This document shows positions 57,849-64,000 of a stretch of DNA of 64,000 nucleotides, one piece after another. Made by a program: the position numbers and the translations under genes. Origin of the DNA: a virus; IMG/VR virus record IMGVR_UViG_3300031656_000001. The stretch is one strand, 5' to 3'. Under the pieces are notes generated by a model. It made no database searches, was not told where the DNA came from, and worked only from the letters and a program-made list of their open reading frames with translations. Numbering within the stretch: position 1 is the first letter of the stretch; each line of letters starts with the position of its first letter.

Positions 57849-59786
57849 TTATCTTAAAATATCTGCTTCAAATTGATAGTTAGCAGCGTCAATGCATACT
57901 AATTCAATATATGGTTTGTTAGTTATTAATTGAGTTCCATCTATGTCAGCTATTAACTTATCAAAGCCTGTAGTAGATTTACTCCAAATTTTAATGTTAT
58001 TTCCTGTCATATTGATTTCGTCAAATGTAATTTTAAATGTTTGACCGCTTTTCCATGCGATTACACTGTCGTCAATATATATATTAAGATTACTTTCAGG
58101 ATCTGATGATATCAAACCTTTAAGACTTAATCTATTAGTGAATGATTTAAGTCTAGCCCAAATAGCAAACTTTGATGAACCATTACCACTTGCACCGGCA
58201 TCAAACATTAAATTCGTTGATAATTGATCTGCGATTGCCTTAGCATATATATTATATACGAATACTTCATTTAGAATGTATCCATCAATGTTATTGTCTA
58301 TTTTAATTTTATTAGGAATTGTTTTGTCAACCGACGTACCCTTTCCTGCAAATATCACATCAGTGTTGTATTGCAATTCAACTGGTATTGTCCCATCAAT
58401 TAAAGAATTTATTTTAGTATGTGCCTTTGTAATTAATTCCAATAATGAATTTGAATTAGCTAATTGAATAGAAGCGTTTTTGAAACTGTCTTCTAAACTA
58501 GTTAATCTATTGATAATTGCAACAGAATCATCACCTGACGTAACTAATCTTTCTACACTATCAACTCTCTTAGCAATTGAGCCATATCTAGCATTTGCTT
58601 GTATTAGGAGCTGTGTTGCATTTTCTATTGCAGTTGTTGTATCCATAAATAAATCCATACCAAACGTAGTGAAATCATTTATGCTTGTTTCAACTCCAAC
58701 ATTATCTAATGAAGAATTGAATTTTAAATTTAACTTTAAAGAGAACGCATTACCGTTTAACCCTGTAATCTCGTTCGGCTTATATTTGATCTGCTCATTA
58801 ATTTTAGAACCTGGACCATATGCATCTTGAATATCATCAAGAATTAAAATACCATATAAGTTAGTTGCTCTATTACCAGCAATTGATTCACTATAAAGAT
58901 CATAATAAACAAGAACAGCATTGAATTTAAACTTTTGTCCTTTTTTAGCAAAATCCAACAAAGACTGTACATCTGAGTTGTTGTTTATTTCTTCATATGC
59001 GTTTGCTTCAAACTGAATTCCAACACTATTAGTTGCATTAGTTTGAATATCGTAATGTCCACCGCTGTTTACTGTGTATGCATCAACTACAGAATCAATA
59101 TTAATATTAGGATCTGGGTGCGTTTGACCCACTCGACCTTCAATGTAATCTGAAGCATATAATTTAGTTGCAGTTGTATTATAATCGTTAGTTTTAAACA
59201 ATACAGTAGGTGTGTAACCAACTGATGTAGGAACGTTTATATAAACTTCGTGATATGTGTTACCTTGATATGCAACATCATTCTCTACATCAATTGTCCC
59301 TAAGTATTTTACAACTCGGTCATAATTTTCACTAGCGAATGTTCCGTTGATCTTCTCGGTATAATTACCCAAAAGTGTTTGATTAGAATCAGCAGCTATA
59401 AAATCAATAGCACCTAAAGAAGATAACCATTTAAAGAATATTTTCTCTGAATCTGATTGTAAAAGTATTGGATCGTAATCATCATCTTTCAATAATAATT
59501 CTTCCAAGTTTAGTACGTAATTTTGAAATGTCTGTGCAAAATCAACATTAGGCATCCCAGCAACATATGCTTGGCCCGAAGGTTGTTTAAGATTTGATTC
59601 AAAATCTATTACGTTAGAACCGTTAACTGAATCAGTAAAATCTGGAAGATCTAATAAAGCGTATTTACTAAACTCAAAATTTAAATCTGAACTGTTAAAA
59701 GCTCTAGTCATGTCTCTTGCTGAAGAAGCAAAAGCATACATTGTGCCTCCCATGGGCTGCGGTATTCTAACTAGAGGAGTTGCCAT
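57849..59786 (-). CDS. Hypothetical virion structural protein
   Basis: 645 aa, tail/baseplate context. Confidence 0.5.
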   Translation of the reverse strand: MATPLVRIPQPMGGTMYAFASSARDMTRAFNSSDLNFEFSKYALLDLPDFTDSVNGSNVIDFESNLKQPSGQAYVAGMPNVDFAQTFQNYVLNLEELLLKDDDYDPILLQSDSEKIFFKWLSSLGAIDFIAADSNQTLLGNYTEKINGTFASENYDRVVKYLGTIDVENDVAYQGNTYHEVYINVPTSVGYTPTVLFKTNDYNTTATKLYASDYIEGRVGQTHPDPNINIDSVVDAYTVNSGGHYDIQTNATNSVGIQFEANAYEEINNNSDVQSLLDFAKKGQKFKFNAVLVYYDLYSESIAGNRATNLYGILILDDIQDAYGPGSKINEQIKYKPNEITGLNGNAFSLKLNLKFNSSLDNVGVETSINDFTTFGMDLFMDTTTAIENATQLLIQANARYGSIAKRVDSVERLVTSGDDSVAIINRLTSLEDSFKNASIQLANSNSLLELITKAHTKINSLIDGTIPVELQYNTDVIFAGKGTSVDKTIPNKIKIDNNIDGYILNEVFVYNIYAKAIADQLSTNLMFDAGASGNGSSKFAIWARLKSFTNRLSLKGLISSDPESNLNIYIDDSVIAWKSGQTFKITFDEINMTGNNIKIWSKSTTGFDKLIADIDGTQLITNKPYIELVCIDAANYQFEADILR

Positions 59787-59804
59787 CTATTATTAAGTTT
59801 TGTT

Positions 59805-60371
59805 TTATACTATTGTTGTGTTATGTGATGAAATAACGTACCATACGTTTTCAAAACATCTTAATGTAACTGTTGAGTTCAATCCATCTAATGTAATTGA
59901 AGCTGCAGCTAAAGTTGAAGCACTTGCTTCGTGTTTAACTATTTTCGCAACATTTGCTGTATTAATAATTGTTACTTCTTGACCGTCATTAGATGCTGGT
60001 AAAGTAAAATCACTTCCAACAAAGTATGCTGATGCTGTGATAGCTCCAGTAACTTGTGTAGTTGGTATAGCCTTCGTACCTAATACTCCGCTTTTTTCTA
60101 ATGTTCCTCCAATTTTAGTAGTACCATTAAACACAACATCAGTTGTGAATTCTGCACCTGAATTGTTAACAGACAATAAGTTTGTACCATTGTATACAAC
60201 TGCTAATGATGCAGTAGAAATACTAGCTAATCCGCTTAGTGTTAATGTGGTTGGGTTTAATAGAGCCGTAACAGATGCTAACGCATCGTTTAATAACTCA
60301 AAGTTACTATTGATGATTGGTCTCGATGAAGAAACTGAGTCAGTTCCTAAAATTTCAGTAATGTTTGCCAT
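59805..60371 (-). CDS. Short fibre-like structural protein
   Basis: N-terminal I.EIL..DS......IN.NF..L shared with 44563..46221; TLPA..DGQ...I.N C-terminal pattern. Confidence 0.5.
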   Translation of the reverse strand: MANITEILGTDSVSSSRPIINSNFELLNDALASVTALLNPTTLTLSGLASISTASLAVVYNGTNLLSVNNSGAEFTTDVVFNGTTKIGGTLEKSGVLGTKAIPTTQVTGAITASAYFVGSDFTLPASNDGQEVTIINTANVAKIVKHEASASTLAAASITLDGLNSTVTLRCFENVWYVISSHNTTIV

Positions 60372-60384
60372 TTTATTTGTTTTA

Positions 60385-63297
60385 TTATTTTACTTTTAAC
60401 ATATTTCTTTTTACAATGTTCTTATTGCCGTGTGTGTCTTCCGCTTCTAATTGAATTGAATAGTATCCAGGTTCTTTAAAGACATACGTAAGCCACATAT
60501 TATTATAGTATATATCAGTGATTTCTGGGTTAGTTATATTAGTTATAGTCCATTTGGCCTTTTTCTTACCAGGGAACTTAGAAATATCAGTAGAAATTGT
60601 AACATGTGTAGATCTTTCTACTTCAGCATAGTCACTGAACACTCTTGTATCATCCCATGTTGGATTAAAGTGTTGTACGTGTGTTTCTCCAGAAATACTC
60701 TCAGATGTATCCCTTGTAGTATTTAGAATACTAATAGATTCAAAATCATAATTCCTAGAATATTCCCAACCTACTACCATCATAAATCTAAACACATCAA
60801 CAGTGTCATCATTATCTGTATCTTCAAATACAGCATTAAAATTAAATTTACTAATAATTGTATCATTGCTCGCATTCAATTCATTCATAATAGCTTTCCA
60901 ACCAGCGATATCGCTCATGGATATCGGAGTCAAACTAGCGATTATATGTTCACCTATTGATTCTACACCTGTTTTAGGATCTTTATATGTAATGCTCAAT
61001 TTCTCACCTTGTCGTATATCATTTATTTTGAAACTAGCTGTTAAATCAGGTCCAACTCTCATGTAATCCCATGCTAAATGTTCAGTATCGCTCCACTTAA
61101 AGGTAGACTCGCTCCATTGATATGGTCCAGTTGTTTCGCTAAAACCAGTATCTGAATAAGTATCAACATATCTTCTAACTGTAGAAAATCTAACGCCTTG
61201 ATCCGATTCCATGTGTACGTAATTCGCTCTATCCAACGTCAAATACAATGTAGCTATATTTTCGTCTATTGTAGTTTTATTATCTTGAGGAGAATTCCAA
61301 TAACCACCAGATTTTGACCATGTAAGATCTTTGTTATCCCATGATTGATCTTCCAGCCATTTATAAATTCCATAAAGTTCTAGTTGTTTTAATTTAACAT
61401 CTATAATATCCTTCATTTTATAATGAGACCTGTGTCCAAATAGATCATATGTTCTCATCTCTACGTCGTACTTGTCATTGTGCGGTAATATCAATGGAAG
61501 TATTAAGTAGTCATCTATAGCTCCTCTATATGTCTGGCTGTAACCTCTTGTTTTACCAGTAATTACCCATTCTATTTCATAAACCCATGCTTTCCACCAA
61601 TTCGCCCAAGTTACTTTTAAACTAGAGTTTGGATCTTCAGCATCTTCCCATGTAAATTTAGCCTCGTCCCATATATCATCAAATGATTCTGTTCCGTCTA
61701 ATAATACAGGACATCCGATTGGAATATTAGGATTGTAAGAATGTAATTCTTGATTATGATATGTGTCATAAAATTTACTAATCACATCTTTTAATTCTGT
61801 CAATGTACCCTTGATTGGTAATAAAGCAAATGTTAACACTTGTCCTTTAGTGTTTCCAGTAAATGTAGGGTTTGCTACCCAGTTGTTTTCGTTATTCCAA
61901 GTCCAGTATGTGTTATTGGAAAGCACTTCATATGTGTCTCCGTCAAATACGTTTCCATGTACATGATCTCTAATATCTCCGGTTAAAATATCTTCGTTCC
62001 CGGTTCCTAAATTTAAAAACAAATTATAATTAGTTGCGTCATTGTTATGATCTAATGATGGCTTTAATACCATTGATAAATCCTCTATAAAAAGTTCTCT
62101 CCTTTCAGGCGTAACCTTAAATTTAATAGCATGGCCCTCGCTGAAATAACCAATCGGGTTTTGATTATGCCAAATGTTTATGTTTCTTTGTGTAAAATAA
62201 TCACCTTCAGCTGTGATGTCAATGATCTTAGCCTGTAATGGTAAGTACTCTTTTTGTAATTTAGATTTTAAACCATATAATTTAATTAAAACTTCTTGCG
62301 GAGTATAATCAAAGGTTTCAGTTACATTAGGAATATCCCATTGATCAAACGTACCGTTAGGTTCATTTAATCTATAAACAAGACTAAACTTACTAGTCTT
62401 TTTCATAGTGCTCGATGGCAACTTGAATTTTAATTTCTTTCTAGTAGCTTCACCTCTTACTGATGACTTAGGTACAGGAACTGCAAATAATTTACCGAAA
62501 TTCTTAACCGAATTATCGATGTTTAACCAATATTCTTTTAATGTAATCTTATCGTAACCAAAGAAATCTATTGCATTTAAAACTGCTTTATAAGTTCCTA
62601 CGAATGGTTTAATATTGTGAAGCTCTAAAAGAAGTTCCTTTCTTTTTCTATTTAATAGAATATAATCAGGTGACATTTCACTAATGTCATGATCTTTAAA
62701 TAATAGAAAATCTGATTCCGCTAATGTAGCACCAAAATTAGATAATAAAACTTTAAGTCTTTCATCTTCAGGAACTACTTCACCATAAACCTCTATTATA
62801 GCAACTAATGTTTTAATGTTATTTGTTACACTGTATACATTTAAGTTTCGTACATGTGGTCCAGCGATTGTAGAGTTTAACGTTATATTAAGTTGAATTG
62901 CTGTATTGTCCTGTGTATTTAAATGTTTTACACCTGATACAATACTATCAATATTAGTATTATCAAACAAAACAACTGATTGTGATTTTAATTCTTTAAC
63001 TACTGGAATATTACCAGTATTATCAATGTCATATAAAATGATAGATTTACTATCAAATTTGTTTGTTTCTTCCCATTCAAATGAGAACTTAGTGTCATCT
63101 GCTGTTTCTGCAATTGGAAAGTTTATAGTTACATCACCATTGTGAATACATTCTTCAAGAATGAATAAATTAATAGTTTCATATAAACCTGCTGAAACCT
63201 CAGGTAAGTAAACAGTACCCTTATATACACCGAAAAGATCCTTCTCGAAGTTTAAGTCGTATTCTAATCCCTTGAAAAATCTTAAATTATTATACAT
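60385..63297 (-). CDS. Probable baseplate protein with C-terminal PKD-like domain
   Basis: GTYK....I.FFGY (baseplate wedge-like), Trp-rich repeats, F.EPGYYSI.L...D..GN. Confidence 0.5.
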   Translation of the reverse strand: MYNNLRFFKGLEYDLNFEKDLFGVYKGTVYLPEVSAGLYETINLFILEECIHNGDVTINFPIAETADDTKFSFEWEETNKFDSKSIILYDIDNTGNIPVVKELKSQSVVLFDNTNIDSIVSGVKHLNTQDNTAIQLNITLNSTIAGPHVRNLNVYSVTNNIKTLVAIIEVYGEVVPEDERLKVLLSNFGATLAESDFLLFKDHDISEMSPDYILLNRKRKELLLELHNIKPFVGTYKAVLNAIDFFGYDKITLKEYWLNIDNSVKNFGKLFAVPVPKSSVRGEATRKKLKFKLPSSTMKKTSKFSLVYRLNEPNGTFDQWDIPNVTETFDYTPQEVLIKLYGLKSKLQKEYLPLQAKIIDITAEGDYFTQRNINIWHNQNPIGYFSEGHAIKFKVTPERRELFIEDLSMVLKPSLDHNNDATNYNLFLNLGTGNEDILTGDIRDHVHGNVFDGDTYEVLSNNTYWTWNNENNWVANPTFTGNTKGQVLTFALLPIKGTLTELKDVISKFYDTYHNQELHSYNPNIPIGCPVLLDGTESFDDIWDEAKFTWEDAEDPNSSLKVTWANWWKAWVYEIEWVITGKTRGYSQTYRGAIDDYLILPLILPHNDKYDVEMRTYDLFGHRSHYKMKDIIDVKLKQLELYGIYKWLEDQSWDNKDLTWSKSGGYWNSPQDNKTTIDENIATLYLTLDRANYVHMESDQGVRFSTVRRYVDTYSDTGFSETTGPYQWSESTFKWSDTEHLAWDYMRVGPDLTASFKINDIRQGEKLSITYKDPKTGVESIGEHIIASLTPISMSDIAGWKAIMNELNASNDTIISKFNFNAVFEDTDNDDTVDVFRFMMVVGWEYSRNYDFESISILNTTRDTSESISGETHVQHFNPTWDDTRVFSDYAEVERSTHVTISTDISKFPGKKKAKWTITNITNPEITDIYYNNMWLTYVFKEPGYYSIQLEAEDTHGNKNIVKRNMLKVK

Positions 63298-63578
63298 TAT
63301 CTTGTTCCTTTATCGTCTTCTTTGACGGTGTAATTTTTATAGTTCTTTAAATGTCTTACACCTTTTAATAAGTTTTTTAAACTATCGTCTAAGAATATTA
63401 AAAAATGTTGCATTGTTTCGTTTCTTTGAATATGTCCAGATAATGATCTACCCATAAATTCACTAGGTGGTAAGTTTTCATAATCGTAACCGACATGTAG
63501 CCTTGCGTCCTTTCTAGTTTTGGAAAAGTCATATCGATTGCTTCTCTTGTATCCAAATAAGTTTGTGAATAATCCCAT
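63297..63578 (-). CDS. Hypothetical protein
   Basis: 93-aa ORF translationally coupled on both sides. Confidence 0.6.
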   Translation of the reverse strand: MGLFTNLFGYKRSNRYDFSKTRKDARLHVGYDYENLPPSEFMGRSLSGHIQRNETMQHFLIFLDDSLKNLLKGVRHLKNYKNYTVKEDDKGTR

Positions 63579-64000
63579 TATTTAAGTGCTCTTCTGTTTC
63601 CTGCTTGTACTCTAGTATATATTGTCTTCGGTACAGGTGTACTATCGAAGTTTATACTAACTGCAGCTTCCGCATTTAGCTTCACATCATCTTCAATGTT
63701 ATCACCGTCTCTGTCTAACCATCCACCTCTAAATACAGCAACTTCTTCTTTATCCATAACAATGTCACCCCATTGATCTAAACCTTTTACATCATATGGT
63801 ATATTAGTGGTTGCAGATACTGGTATCATTTTAACAGTTTCTATCTTTTTAAAGAATATATGTTTTTGTTTACCATTGCCAATCGTTTCCAATACCACTG
63901 GTTCTTGTGGAACAACATTAACATTAACAGATTCATAGTAACCTAATCTTCTAGCTTTTTCTTCAGTTTCAGAAATGAATCTAATATTAACTGAATCAAT
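63578..64000 (-). CDS. C-terminal part of a larger gene, possibly baseplate wedge (gp6-like); 5' end outside window
   Basis: Frame stays open to 64000 (IDSVNIRFISETEEKARRLGYY...), so the ORF-track start is not real. Confidence 0.5.
   Translation of the reverse strand: MDSVNIRFISETEEKARRLGYYESVNVNVVPQEPVVLETIGNGKQKHIFFKKIETVKMIPVSATTNIPYDVKGLDQWGDIVMDKEEVAVFRGGWLDRDGDNIEDDVKLNAEAAVSINFDSTPVPKTIYTRVQAGNRRALK

Noticed and set aside
5-63145. Plus-strand ORFs and short nested minus-strand ORFs in the track (e.g. 12849..13259, 29151..29564, 43940..44194)
   Set aside because: They lie antisense to or out of frame within well-supported genes and show shadow-ORF composition.
1-64000. Stop-codon reassignment as in some Bacteroidota phages
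   Set aside because: Conserved genes are full length in the standard code, coding density is high, and TAG/TGA act as stops (e.g. 7803, 6686).

Overview
A 64-kb, AT-rich segment of a large T4-like (myovirus/jumbo-type) bacteriophage genome. Essentially all genes are on the minus strand and read in the standard code. A Bacteroidota (probably Flavobacteriia) host is inferred from a class Id-type RNR, a BACON domain and A-rich starts without Shine-Dalgarno motifs. In coordinate order the window holds: portal (partial), gp2, gp4, gp55-like sigma, gp15-like, gp46/47, gp41, UvsX; a family-B DNA polymerase split into two genes about 5 kb apart; a clamp candidate and NrdAB; a putative DNA hypermodification operon (two amino-acid:DNA-transferase-like paralogs, PLP enzyme, LOG, SGNH-like protein, nucleotide pyrophosphatases); a ~10-kb late island; UvsW/UvsY, primase, gp32, RuvC-like; and a long tail/baseplate block. 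The most striking signal is a family of late proteins carrying a repeated MKH(V/I/L)KLFE(A/S/Q)F..(L/I/V)NE tag, which resembles the T4 capsid-targeting sequence. These proteins appear to be strings of small domains joined by (I/L/V)-x-E sites, i.e. candidate protease-processed, virion-delivered polyproteins. Their cargo includes acidic DNA-mimic-like domains, a ligase-fold plus HIGH nucleotidyltransferase pair, and a masked fusion-peptide-like membrane peptide. Two promoter classes can be read from the sequence (late RATATATAA; middle-type GAAAC(A/T)-N16-TATAAT). There is also a candidate structured RNA after nrdA. All family assignments are from motif recognition by eye; no searches were run.
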